Source: Candidatus Acidiferrales bacterium (lineage in GTDB: Bacteria; Acidobacteriota; Terriglobia; Acidiferrales; 2-02-FULL-67-57). Taken from it: a stretch of DNA of 64,000 nucleotides. The notes below the pieces were generated by a model. It was not told where the DNA came from. It saw only the letters and a program-made list of their open reading frames with translations, and did not search any database. Within the stretch, counting starts at the first letter, position 1, and every line of letters starts with the position of its first letter. Shown in pieces: positions 54,053 to 62,789 of the stretch. The translations under genes and the position numbers were made by a program. The stretch covers positions 79,101 through 143,100 of the forward strand of contig CBDFHE010000016.1 of assembly GCA_965247455.1 (NCBI GenBank). Direction: 5' to 3'.

Positions 54053-55021
54053 ATGCCCTTCCGCGTCTGCCGTTCTTTGGACGAATTGCCCGCCCCGCTG
54101 CCGCACTTGGTGTTGGGCATCGGCAACTTTGACGGCATACACCGCGGCCACCAGCGCATTTTCCGGCATGTGGTACGCGAGGCCCGGGCACGGAACGGCA
54201 CGGCGGCGGCTCTGACCTTCGACCCGCATCCCAGCCGGGTGCTGGCTCCGGCCTCCGCTCCGCCCTTGCTGATAACGCTGGCGCAGAAGCTCAGCCTGCT
54301 GGAAGCGGCGGGGATTGAATTGGTATTGGTCCTCCCGTTTACTCGCGCGTTGGCGCAGCTTTCGCCGCCGGAGTTTGTGCGCGAGATTGTCCATCGGCGG
54401 CTGGCGGCCGAGGTTGTCTTGGTGGGATCGAACTTCCGCTTTGGGCGCGGCCGCGCCGGGAACGTGCAGGTGCTGGGCAAGCTGGCGCGTGAGTTCGGCT
54501 TTGCGCAAAAAATCGTTCTTCCGGTGAAGGTGGGTGGGCAGACGGTTTCCAGCAGCTTGATTCGTCGCCTGGTGGCCGATGGGCGCATCGACCGCGCCGC
54601 CCGCTTGCTGGGGCGTCCCTTTGCCGTCACCGGCGCCGTTCAGCCGGGAGCGCGGCGGGGCGCGCCCCTGGGTTTCCCAACCTTGAACCTGCTCCCGGAG
54701 CAGGAGTGCCTGCCGGCGCGCGGGGTGTACATCACCGAGACCTTGCTGGAAGGGGAAGCCTATCCCTCCGCCACCAACGTGGGCGTTCGCCCCACCTTCG
54801 GCGATCAGCGCCTGGTGGTGGAGTCGCACCTGTTGGATTTCAACCGCACCGTCGCCGAGGGCCGGCTGGAAGTGCGCTTCCATCACCGCCTGCGCAAGGA
54901 GAAGAAGTTTCGCTCGCCCCAGGCCCTGCGGGCACAGATTGCGCGCGACGTGGAACGGACCCACCGTTATTTCCAGCAGCGCACCCGCCCGCTGCGCAGG
55001 CAGGAATGCCTGCGCCACTGA
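54053..55021 (+). CDS. ribF: Bifunctional riboflavin kinase / FAD synthetase
   Basis: GNFDGIHRGH, TFDPHP, SSSLIR, LGFPTLN, NVGVRPTF and VESHLLDF. Confidence 0.95.
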   Translation: MPFRVCRSLDELPAPLPHLVLGIGNFDGIHRGHQRIFRHVVREARARNGTAAALTFDPHPSRVLAPASAPPLLITLAQKLSLLEAAGIELVLVLPFTRALAQLSPPEFVREIVHRRLAAEVVLVGSNFRFGRGRAGNVQVLGKLAREFGFAQKIVLPVKVGGQTVSSSLIRRLVADGRIDRAARLLGRPFAVTGAVQPGARRGAPLGFPTLNLLPEQECLPARGVYITETLLEGEAYPSATNVGVRPTFGDQRLVVESHLLDFNRTVAEGRLEVRFHHRLRKEKKFRSPQALRAQIARDVERTHRYFQQRTRPLRRQECLRH

Positions 55022-55059
55022 ATTGCTCTTTCCCGGTGGGGCAGACATTCTTGTCTGCC
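54994..55059. repeat. REP-like doublet (family R1); the left copy lies inside the ribF 3' end
   Basis: GCGCAGGCAGGAATGCCTGCGCCAC (54994-55018) and GTGGGGCAGACATTCTTGTCTGCC (55036-55059). Confidence 0.85.
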
Positions 55060-55126
55060 GCACTCAAGGGAGAGCGGATATAATCCGGTTGTACTTTACG
55101 CAGAACTCGAGTGGATTTGACGGCTG

Positions 55127-57679
55127 ATGGTCGGCGAAGAGAGCAACATTGACCGGCTGCTGAAAACACAGCCTACAATCAGCCCAGAGCCGCGCTCTCA
55201 CAAGACCCCCGTAACCATACTCTTCACCGATGTGGTGGGCTCGACCGCCTACTTCGACCGCTACGGCGACACCGCCGGCGTAGTCATGCTGGAGCGCCAC
55301 ACGGAGCTGGCCACCGGCGCGGTGGCCGAGTTCCAGGGCAACCTCATCAAGACCATCGGCGATTCGGTGATGGCCGATTTTCCTGACCCTGTCCACGGCG
55401 TGCGGGCGGCGGTCGAAGGCCAGCGCCGTTTGCTGCAGCTCAACCAAACCCTGCCGGAGCGCGACCGGGTGCAGCTTCGGATTGGGATCAATTCCGGCCA
55501 CGGCATTCGCCGCGGCAACGACGTCTTTGGCGACGCCGTCAACGTCGCCGCCCGCATCACCAAGAAGACCGGCCCGGCGCAAATCCTGATCTCGCGCTCG
55601 GTGCGCGACGCCATCCTGCCGGAGTCCGACCTGCGCTGCACTTGGCTGGGGAAGTTCGCCTTCGCGGGCAAAGCGGAGAAGGAGGACCTCTTCGAAGTGG
55701 TCTGGACCGAAACGGCCGCCTACACCGAGCTGCGCGCCCACATGACCGCGGCGCTGGCGCGGGGCGAGTTGGTCTCTCCCGGCCTGCGCGTGGACGACTT
55801 GGTGCAGCCGACCCACTCGCCCACGCCCGCTCCCGGTGACGAGCTCACGCTGGAACTGTCCACCACACCCGTACAGGTGGTTCTGGGGGCGCGCTACGAC
55901 TTGCTAGGTGAAGTTGGCAGCGGCGGCATGGGTATCGTGCACAAGGCGCGCGACCGCGAGACCGGCGAGTTGGTGGCGCTGAAAATCCTCAAGCCGGAAA
56001 TCGCCGCCGACCAGCGCGCGATGGAGCGCTTCAAGAACGAGCTTCGCCTGTCCCGCAAGATCACCCACAAGAACGTCTGCCGCGTGTACGAGTTCAACCG
56101 CGCCGGCGGTGTGGCCTACATCTCGATGGAATTCGTGGAAGGCGAAAGCCTGCGCGCCGTCCTGAAACGCTTTGGCACTCTGCCGGTCCGCAAAGGGATT
56201 CAGATTGCCCGGCAGATCTGCGCTGCCTTGCGCGAGGCGCACGCGCAGCAAGTCGTCCACCGTGACCTCAAGCCGGAAAACGTGATGATGGATCAGAATG
56301 GCAACGTCAAGGTGATGGACTTTGGCATTGCACGCTCGGTGGAAGCCGGCACCACCTCCACCGGCGCGTTTATCGGTACGCCCGCCTACATGGCCCCCGA
56401 ACAAGCTGAAGGCAAGCCGGTGGACCGCCGCGCCGACATCTACTCCTTCGGCCTGCTCCTCTATGAGATGTTCACCGGCGTACCCGCCTTCAGCGGCGAC
56501 ACCCCGTTGAGCGTCGCCCTCAAGCACATTCGGGAAACCCCGCCGCCGCCCAGCCAGCACGACCCCACCGTGCCGGCCCCGGTGGAGCGGGTCATCCTCC
56601 GGTGCCTGGAGAAAGACCCTGCCAAGCGTTTCCAGTCGGTGGACGAGTTGGAAGCTGCCCTGGTGCGTCAGGCCGCGCCCACGCCCCCTCCGCTCGTGCC
56701 GGTGCCGGCCAGGGCGCCCGACCTGCTGGGCGCCGCCGCCGAGCCCAGACGGAGCCGGGCGTGGGTGGCGGTGGTCGGCCTCGCGCTGGCAGGCGCTCTG
56801 ATGTTCTACTTCCTTTCCGGTCGAGGATGGTTCGCGCCGGCGGAACAAGAAAGCCAACCTGCGGCAGAAACGATGGCGCAGGAAGCGTCGGCAGTGGGGC
56901 AGTCGCCGCCGGTGGAGGGTTCTGCTTCCGGGCAGGTCTCGCCTCCCACTCCCGTGCTTCCGCCTGCAAGCGCGCCGCCTGCTCCTACGACTCCCCCAGA
57001 CGAAGTTCTTTTCAATTCAGCTTTGCGAGCTCTCAGCGGCGGCAACTACGATCTTGCCCGGCAGCAATTTGACGCTTTTCAGCGCCTCTATCCGAAGAGC
57101 GAATTGGCCGACCAGGCGCAGTACTACCTGGCCGACTCCTACCACCACCAGCACAACCTGCGCCAGGCCATCGCCGGCTACGAAAAGTTGCTGCGCGACT
57201 TCCCCACCAGCGACAAGGCTCCGCGCGCCCAACTGAGGAAGGCGGAAGCTCTGATACAATCGGGCGAAAGAGTTGCTGGCGTGCGCGAGCTGCGCTCACT
57301 GATTGCCCGGTATCCGAACTCAGACGAAGCACGGCACGCCCAGCAGCTATTGCAACGGTTCGAGCGGTTCCAGCAAGCCGATTCCAACCTGGGCCTGCAG
57401 GTGCGCGAGTTGAATCCGCAGATGGCCCGCCGCCTCGGACTTTCCTCCACGGAAGGCGGCTTGCTGGTGCGCCAAGTGGAGCCCGGGAGTTTTGCGCAAA
57501 AACTCGGGCTGCGGCGCGGGGATATAATTACGGCAGTCAACGGCCGCTCGGTGGGCAGCCAGCGAGCGTTGATGGACATGCAGCGGTCGCTGACGCCCGG
57601 CCGCGAGGTGGTGGTTCGCATCAAGCGACGCCAGCGCGGCCGCGGCATGCGCGACCTTACCCTCCGCGCCACCCCCTAG
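55127..57679 (+). CDS. Class III adenylate cyclase - Hanks Ser/Thr kinase - TM - CpoB-like TPR - PDZ fusion protein
   Basis: Cyclase: FTDVVGST, KTIGDSVM, DVFGDAVNVAAR. Kinase: GSGGMG, HRDLKPEN, DFG, GTPAYMAPE. TM: WVAVVGLALAGALMFYFL. Then TPRs and the PDZ segment LGLQV...LGLRRGDIITAVNG. Confidence 0.9.
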   Translation: MVGEESNIDRLLKTQPTISPEPRSHKTPVTILFTDVVGSTAYFDRYGDTAGVVMLERHTELATGAVAEFQGNLIKTIGDSVMADFPDPVHGVRAAVEGQRRLLQLNQTLPERDRVQLRIGINSGHGIRRGNDVFGDAVNVAARITKKTGPAQILISRSVRDAILPESDLRCTWLGKFAFAGKAEKEDLFEVVWTETAAYTELRAHMTAALARGELVSPGLRVDDLVQPTHSPTPAPGDELTLELSTTPVQVVLGARYDLLGEVGSGGMGIVHKARDRETGELVALKILKPEIAADQRAMERFKNELRLSRKITHKNVCRVYEFNRAGGVAYISMEFVEGESLRAVLKRFGTLPVRKGIQIARQICAALREAHAQQVVHRDLKPENVMMDQNGNVKVMDFGIARSVEAGTTSTGAFIGTPAYMAPEQAEGKPVDRRADIYSFGLLLYEMFTGVPAFSGDTPLSVALKHIRETPPPPSQHDPTVPAPVERVILRCLEKDPAKRFQSVDELEAALVRQAAPTPPPLVPVPARAPDLLGAAAEPRRSRAWVAVVGLALAGALMFYFLSGRGWFAPAEQESQPAAETMAQEASAVGQSPPVEGSASGQVSPPTPVLPPASAPPAPTTPPDEVLFNSALRALSGGNYDLARQQFDAFQRLYPKSELADQAQYYLADSYHHQHNLRQAIAGYEKLLRDFPTSDKAPRAQLRKAEALIQSGERVAGVRELRSLIARYPNSDEARHAQQLLQRFERFQQADSNLGLQVRELNPQMARRLGLSSTEGGLLVRQVEPGSFAQKLGLRRGDIITAVNGRSVGSQRALMDMQRSLTPGREVVVRIKRRQRGRGMRDLTLRATP

Positions 57680-57761
57680 GCAATGCTCAGCTTCGTGTTC
57701 CGCAAAGGCCGCGAAGCCTGGCGTGGTGACCCCTGCTAAAGGATCCCCATGGCCTGTTTGC

Positions 57762-57787
57762 GCGGGTGCTGAGCACCTCTTCCGGAC
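57762..57787 (-). repeat. R5 repeat, empty copy (GGTGC-TGA-GCACCTCTTCC)
   Basis: GCGGGTGCTGAGCACCTCTTCCGGACT matches the R5 core. Confidence 0.65.
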
Positions 57788-57857
57788 TAACGGAATTGTT
57801 TGCTGCGAATGGGGTCCTTCGGCTGCGCTCTGCAACTTATGGGCGCGCCGAACCGGC

Positions 57858-60587
57858 CTAGAAGCGGATGTGGTAGGTGATTTGGGTGTTGAAGCCGGGG
57901 GCGTCCACGCCCGAGCCGTGGTAGCGGTAGTTTCGGTCGAGCAGGTTTTCGAGCACAAAGACTAGGTCAGTTTGCTCGCTGACCTGATAGCCGCCGCGCA
58001 GATTGAAGGTGACGAAGCCGGGCGTCTTGGTGAAGAAGAGCGCGCTCTCGACACCCGCGCCCAGCACGCGGTCGAGCACTTGGTCGAGCGTCTCGCCCGT
58101 CGCCAGCAGCACGCCACCGCTCACCAGCCCGCGGGCGACGGCGCCGTTGTTGAAGAAGCGCGCAATGCTCGTCCGCGAGCGCAGCGCTCCGATGCGCTGG
58201 TCGGCCAGCTCCAGTGAGGACAAGCGGTCTTGCTTGCTCACCAGGTTGCTGTAGCCCTCCAGCCAGTAGCGCTTGCCCGGTGCCTGCCAGCGCAAGCTGA
58301 GGAACCCGTTGGCGGGCGGCAGGCCGCCTTCGATGTCGGGCGCGCCGCCGTTCACTTTGTCCCGCCCGCGCAGGTAGGTGAAGTTGGCGTGGGCCGACCA
58401 GGAGTTGCTCAACTGCCCCTGCCACGCGCTTTCGATCCCCCAGATGCGCACGGCTCCCACGTTGGCGCGCACCAGCACCGGCCGGGAATCCACCGCCGTC
58501 AGCACCGCGCCCAAGGGCAATTGCTCCACGATGGTCTGCCCGCCGATGTTCTGTCCCACCGCCCCCAGCGGCAGCAGCAGCGCGCGTTTGGTGATGAAGT
58601 CGCTGATCTCGTTGCTGAAGCCGGTGAGCGAGGCGGTCATGCGCCCGGTGCGGAAGCGCAGGCCCAACTCGTAGTTGTAGAGCACTTCCGGTTCGAGCGT
58701 CGTCACCGGCTGGCCGCTAGCGGTAGCGTTCGTGCCAGCCGTGCTGCCTACTTCCCCGCCGGCGGCGCTGCCGTCGTCGGGAGAAACCTCAAAGCCGTTT
58801 GAGGTCAGCCCCACGGAGCTGAAGTCGGTGACGTTGGGCGCGCGAAAGCCGCGCCGCACCGTGCCGACCAACTGAACCTGCTGGGTCAGGCGCACCACCG
58901 TGCCCAGGTTGAATGTCACATCGTGCAGCGTGGTGGAAAAATCGGGCACCAGTGGCTGGCCGTTGGCGTCGCGCAGGTTGGCGTCGGCAAAGGTGCGGAA
59001 GTTGAAGGCGCTGTAGCGCAGCCCGCCTTGCAGTCGCACCCGGTTGGGGAACAAGTCCAAACCGTGCTGGTAGAAGAGGCCGTAGGTGGTGTAGCGGGAC
59101 TCGTCCGGGAAGCGCCCGCGCACATCTGTCCGGCTGCTGGTCAGCGGGTCGAAGCGGGTGCGGGTGGAGTCAATGTACTCGTCGTAGATTTCCCCGCCGA
59201 AGACCAGCGATTGGCGCGCGCCGATATGCGTAGTGGCCTGCACCTGATAGCCGAGGGCGGCGGTCTGGTTGGACTCGTCGGTGATGGCCGCCAGTGGGTT
59301 GCCCGCGCCGCCTTGCGTCCGGCGGTCGTCGCGCTGGCGGTTGTAAGAGAAGGTGGCGCTCAGGTTGTCCAGCCCGCCCGCCGGCTGCTTTTCGTAGCGC
59401 AGGTAGAAGAAGTCCAGAATCTGCGGGTCGAAAGCGTGGATCAGGTCGCCGTTGCCGCCGTTCAGCTTGTCGTAGCGGCGTCCGCCGCGTTGTTCGCTGC
59501 GCATGTAGCTGGCGCTGAGGTTGTGCCCCGGTGCCGGCTTCCAGAAGAAGCGCGTGAAGCTGGCAAACTGGGTAAAGGCGGTGTCTTGCAGCCGGGCGCC
59601 CAGCACGTCCGAGGGCAAGCCCAGGAAGCGGGTGACGGCGGCGTGTGAGTCGCCGCCCCGGCCCGCCCGCAAGTCCTGCACGCGGCTCCCGGAGGCGCCC
59701 CCGAACAAATTCCAGTTGCGGCTGCCATAGGAGAGGCGCAGTTTGCCGCCGGTGGAGAAGTCGGCGCTGCGGACGAAGGGCGTGAACTCGCCCCGGAAGT
59801 GCCGGTCGGTCGTGTCCACCTGCGGGCGCATCGGCAGCACATTGACGGTTCCGCCCAGGCTGTCGCTGCCGTACTGCGCCGACGCGGGCCCGCGCGCCAC
59901 TTCCAGCCGCTCGACAAAATTGGGGTCCACCAGCGCTAAATATTGGTTGGGGCCGGGGCGGAAGGTGGAATTATTCAACCGAATCCCATCAATCAGGTGC
60001 AGCACTTGCTGCCCGGTCAGCCCGCGAACCACCACCGCTCCCTGATGGGCGGTGGTCTGCTGCACCATCACGCCTACCTCTTCCCGCAGCGCCTGCGGTA
60101 GGATGACGCCCGGGCGGATCAGCAGTTTGTCTCCACCTACGACGTTCACCTGTCCGGGAAGGTTGAAGGCGTTTTCCACTTCGCCGCGCCCCGGGGTGAC
60201 GGTCACCAGCGTCGCCAGGGGCGCAATCTGCAAGACAAACCGAAGCGGCTTCGCTTCCGCGCGCGGCACGCTGACCGCCGCGCTGCTGGCCGCCATACCA
60301 GGTGCATGCACCACCACTTCGTAGCTGCCGGCAGTAAGGTCGCTCAGGAGAAATTCGCCTCCCGCGCTGGTTACAGCCGTTCCAGCCGGTGTTTGTCCTT
60401 GCCGGTAGGCGGTCACCTGAGCGCCCGCAATCATCGCCCCGGAAGGGTCCAGTACCTGACCGTGAATTTCATAGGCGGGGGTGGAGGCAGCAGCGGACGC
60501 GGAGAAAGCAAGCAGCAGAAGGGTCAAAGGAAGAAACAGCCCAAGTGGGGAGCGCAGATAAGGTTTGGGTAGCTTCATTGCTCTCAT
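57858..60587 (-). CDS. TonB-dependent outer-membrane receptor with N-terminal carboxypeptidase-regulatory-like domain
   Basis: Signal peptide, GQVLDPSGAMIAGAQV, plug (ERLEVARGPASAQYGSDSLGGTVN), FRAPN, ENLLDRNY and terminal aromatic residue (HIRF). Confidence 0.92.
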   Translation of the reverse strand: MRAMKLPKPYLRSPLGLFLPLTLLLLAFSASAAASTPAYEIHGQVLDPSGAMIAGAQVTAYRQGQTPAGTAVTSAGGEFLLSDLTAGSYEVVVHAPGMAASSAAVSVPRAEAKPLRFVLQIAPLATLVTVTPGRGEVENAFNLPGQVNVVGGDKLLIRPGVILPQALREEVGVMVQQTTAHQGAVVVRGLTGQQVLHLIDGIRLNNSTFRPGPNQYLALVDPNFVERLEVARGPASAQYGSDSLGGTVNVLPMRPQVDTTDRHFRGEFTPFVRSADFSTGGKLRLSYGSRNWNLFGGASGSRVQDLRAGRGGDSHAAVTRFLGLPSDVLGARLQDTAFTQFASFTRFFWKPAPGHNLSASYMRSEQRGGRRYDKLNGGNGDLIHAFDPQILDFFYLRYEKQPAGGLDNLSATFSYNRQRDDRRTQGGAGNPLAAITDESNQTAALGYQVQATTHIGARQSLVFGGEIYDEYIDSTRTRFDPLTSSRTDVRGRFPDESRYTTYGLFYQHGLDLFPNRVRLQGGLRYSAFNFRTFADANLRDANGQPLVPDFSTTLHDVTFNLGTVVRLTQQVQLVGTVRRGFRAPNVTDFSSVGLTSNGFEVSPDDGSAAGGEVGSTAGTNATASGQPVTTLEPEVLYNYELGLRFRTGRMTASLTGFSNEISDFITKRALLLPLGAVGQNIGGQTIVEQLPLGAVLTAVDSRPVLVRANVGAVRIWGIESAWQGQLSNSWSAHANFTYLRGRDKVNGGAPDIEGGLPPANGFLSLRWQAPGKRYWLEGYSNLVSKQDRLSSLELADQRIGALRSRTSIARFFNNGAVARGLVSGGVLLATGETLDQVLDRVLGAGVESALFFTKTPGFVTFNLRGGYQVSEQTDLVFVLENLLDRNYRYHGSGVDAPGFNTQITYHIRF

Positions 60588-60605
60588 TTGTTCGGCTGCC
60601 CGCCG

Positions 60606-60630
60606 CTAGTTGCAATTGGATTGCAACTAG
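60606..60630. promoter_or_regulatory. Palindromic operator CTAGTTGCAAT-TGG-ATTGCAACTAG (core GTTGCAA-N5-TTGCAAC), probable Fur-family site
   Basis: Perfect 11-3-11 inverted repeat between the -10 element and the receptor start; the motif recurs at 60686-60704 and 62119-62137. Confidence 0.75.
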
Positions 60631-60637
60631 AACATTA

Positions 60638-60667
60638 ACTCTATCGTCTGCCACGTGAATCAGTCAA
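60638..60667 (-). promoter_or_regulatory. Candidate sigma70 promoter for the TonB-dependent receptor
   Basis: TTGACT (60667-60662), 18-bp spacer, TAGAGT (60643-60638). Confidence 0.55.
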
Positions 60668-60714
60668 GAGTGGAGAGAATTTTCTGTTGCAGGCTGGTTG
60701 CAACTAGTTGCAAC
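60668..60714 (+). repeat. 47-bp direct repeat, left copy, abutting the IS left end
   Basis: 45/47 identical to 62101-62147; contains the perfect 18-bp palindrome GTTGCAACTAGTTGCAAC. Confidence 0.92.
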
Positions 60715-62100
60715 TGTAGCTGCAAAGTGAGAATGTCCTATTTGCGCAAAGTAGGAATGTCCTCTTTCATCAGGGCCAGGAGGGACGATGAGAGAGGAGC
60801 GAATCGAATTGAGCCAACGGGAGCAGGATTGGTTGAAGGTACTCCACCAAGTCGAGCAGGGCTATCTGACCCAGGTGGAAGCGGGCCGGCGGGTGCAGGT
60901 GAGCGTACGCCACCTGCGGCGTCTGCTGAGACGGGTGCGGGCGGAGGGGGACAGGGGCGTAGTGCATCGGCTGCGGGGGCGGCCCTCGAACCGGAAGATT
61001 CCAGCGGCCCTCCAGGGGCGCATCCTGGCCCAGGTGCGGCGGCGCTACGCCGACTTTGGGCCCACGCTGGCCAGCGAGCACCTGGCGCGAGATGGGTGGC
61101 AGGTCAGCCGGGAGACGCTGCGGCAGTGGATGACCGCCGCCGGGCTGTGGCGGTCGCGCCGGCAGCGGAGGCCGGCGGTGCACGTCTGGCGAGAGCGGCG
61201 GGCCGCCTTCGGCGAGTTGGTGATGATGGACAGCTCGCCCTATCGCTGGTTGGAGCGGCGCGGACCTCCCGTGCAGTTGATCGCGCTGATCGACGACGCT
61301 ACCAGCCGGGTCTGGGGCCGCTTCGCCGCCCAGGACTCGACCGAGGAAAACCTGCGCACCCTGGCAGGCTGGCTCCGGCGCTGGGGACGGCCGCGGGCAC
61401 TCTATACCGACAAAAGCAGCCTGTTCCGCACCACCCGCTCGGCCCGGCTCGACGAGCAGCTCGGCGGTCAGCCGGCCCGCACCCAGATCGGGCGGGCCCT
61501 GCAGGAGTTGGGGATCGAGTGGATTCCCGCCCACAGCCCCCAGGCCAAGGGGCGCATCGAGAGACTATTCGGCACCTTGCAGGACCGCCTGGTCAAGGAG
61601 ATGCGCCTGACCGGGGTGCACACGGTGGAGCAGGCCAACCGCTTCCTGGCAGCAGTCTTCCTGCCTTTCTGGGAGCAGCGCTTCACCGTCGCTCCGCGCC
61701 AGCCGCACGATGCCCACCGCCCGCTGGGAGGCACCCAGCGGCTGGAGTCAATCCTGAGCGTGCGCGAACCGCGCCGGGTGGCAGGCGACTACACCGTGCG
61801 CTGGCAGGGCCAGCGCTGGGCGATCCCGCGCGCCCAGGTGCGAGCGGGGTTGCGGGGGGCGCGGGTGGAGGTCGAACGGCGGCTCGACGGCAGCCGCTGG
61901 GTCCGCTTCCGCGGCTCTTATCTCAGCCTGCGGCCCTGCCCGAGCCCGCCGCCCGCGCCCGCAACCCCCTTCGGCCTACGGCCTACGGGGCTTGCGGGCC
62001 CAAGGAAAGGCAAACGAAAGTACATTCTCCCTCCCGATCACCCTTGGAGGAGGACATTTCTATCTGGCAAAAAACCGGACATTTCTACTTTGCGTTGACA
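60715..62100 (+). mobile_element. IS1202-group (ISNCY) insertion sequence, 1386 bp
   Basis: TGT...ACA ends; imperfect inverted repeats with two internal (A/G)AATGTCC / GGACATTT boxes at each end. Confidence 0.88.
60788..62098 (+). CDS. IS1202/ISNCY-type DDE transposase (integrase-core fold)
   Basis: HTH, YADFGPTLASEHL, GELVMMDSS, IDDATSR, YTDK, SPQAKGRIERLFGTLQDRL and C-terminal PDHPWR. Confidence 0.9.
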   Translation: MREERIELSQREQDWLKVLHQVEQGYLTQVEAGRRVQVSVRHLRRLLRRVRAEGDRGVVHRLRGRPSNRKIPAALQGRILAQVRRRYADFGPTLASEHLARDGWQVSRETLRQWMTAAGLWRSRRQRRPAVHVWRERRAAFGELVMMDSSPYRWLERRGPPVQLIALIDDATSRVWGRFAAQDSTEENLRTLAGWLRRWGRPRALYTDKSSLFRTTRSARLDEQLGGQPARTQIGRALQELGIEWIPAHSPQAKGRIERLFGTLQDRLVKEMRLTGVHTVEQANRFLAAVFLPFWEQRFTVAPRQPHDAHRPLGGTQRLESILSVREPRRVAGDYTVRWQGQRWAIPRAQVRAGLRGARVEVERRLDGSRWVRFRGSYLSLRPCPSPPPAPATPFGLRPTGLAGPRKGKRKYILPPDHPWRRTFLSGKKPDISTLR

Positions 62101-62147
62101 GAGTGGAGAGAATTTTATGTTGCAAGCTGGTTGCAACTAGTTGCAAC
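62101..62147 (+). repeat. 47-bp direct repeat, right copy, abutting the IS right end
   Basis: 45/47 identical to 60668-60714. Confidence 0.92.
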
Positions 62148-62179
62148 ACGACCCGCGTTTTGCTCTTAGGAGAGCCTGC

Positions 62180-62626
62180 TCAGGTCCGGCAGTGGGTGCA
62201 GTAGCCGCCCATCTCCACCCGCGTCAGGATGATGTGGAAGTGGCATTCCCGCTCCACTTCCCCCTTCAGGCGCTCGAACAGGTGGCTTTCGAACTCCACC
62301 ACCTTGCCGCAGCGCAAGCAGGCCATGTGCAGGTGGTCACGTTGCGGGCGACGCTCGTAGTAGTGCCCGTCGCCGCGCAGGTGGAGCAAGTCCAGCTCGT
62401 CCACCAGCCCGTGGCGCTTCAGCAGCTTGAGTGTGCGATAGACGGTGACGCGGTCGATGCTGGGGTCGAGCCGTTGGGCCTTGCGCAGGATTTGGCTGGC
62501 GTCCAGATGTTGCTTGGCGGTCTCAATCACACCCAGGATGGTGCGCCGCTGCCGCGTCATGCGCACCCCGCGCACCATCAACTCCGCTTGCAAGCGCCCC
62601 GGCGCTTCCGTCTTCGGCATCGGCAT
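62180..62626 (-). CDS. Fur-family metalloregulator (Fur/Zur/Mur/Nur/PerR subtype unresolved)
   Basis: RMTRQRRTIL, HLDA, VTVYRTLKLL, DHLHMACLRCG and C-terminal CTHC. AGGAGG RBS. Confidence 0.92.
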   Translation of the reverse strand: MPMPKTEAPGRLQAELMVRGVRMTRQRRTILGVIETAKQHLDASQILRKAQRLDPSIDRVTVYRTLKLLKRHGLVDELDLLHLRGDGHYYERRPQRDHLHMACLRCGKVVEFESHLFERLKGEVERECHFHIILTRVEMGGYCTHCRT

Positions 62627-62789
62627 CGCAACGCCTCCTGAAACCCGGTTGCAATAAGCTTACTCCCCTTCCCCCGCCCCGGTCAAGTCCAGCTGATAGC
62701 AACTTTTGGCATTTGAAAATGATGAACACTCGTAGATGATATTGCGACCATGGGGGATGAGAGACGTTAGGCAGAAGGAAGCAAGAGAA

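Noticed and set aside
62095-62121. Outward hybrid promoter from the IS end (TTGACA ... TATGTT) antisense to the Fur-family gene
   Set aside because: The spacer is only 15 bp and TTGACA is simply the conserved IS terminus; no other support.
62098-62125. dif/Xer site next to the IS1202-type element
   Set aside because: Only TTATGTT matches the XerD arm, there is no XerC arm, and the left repeat copy reads TTCTGTT.
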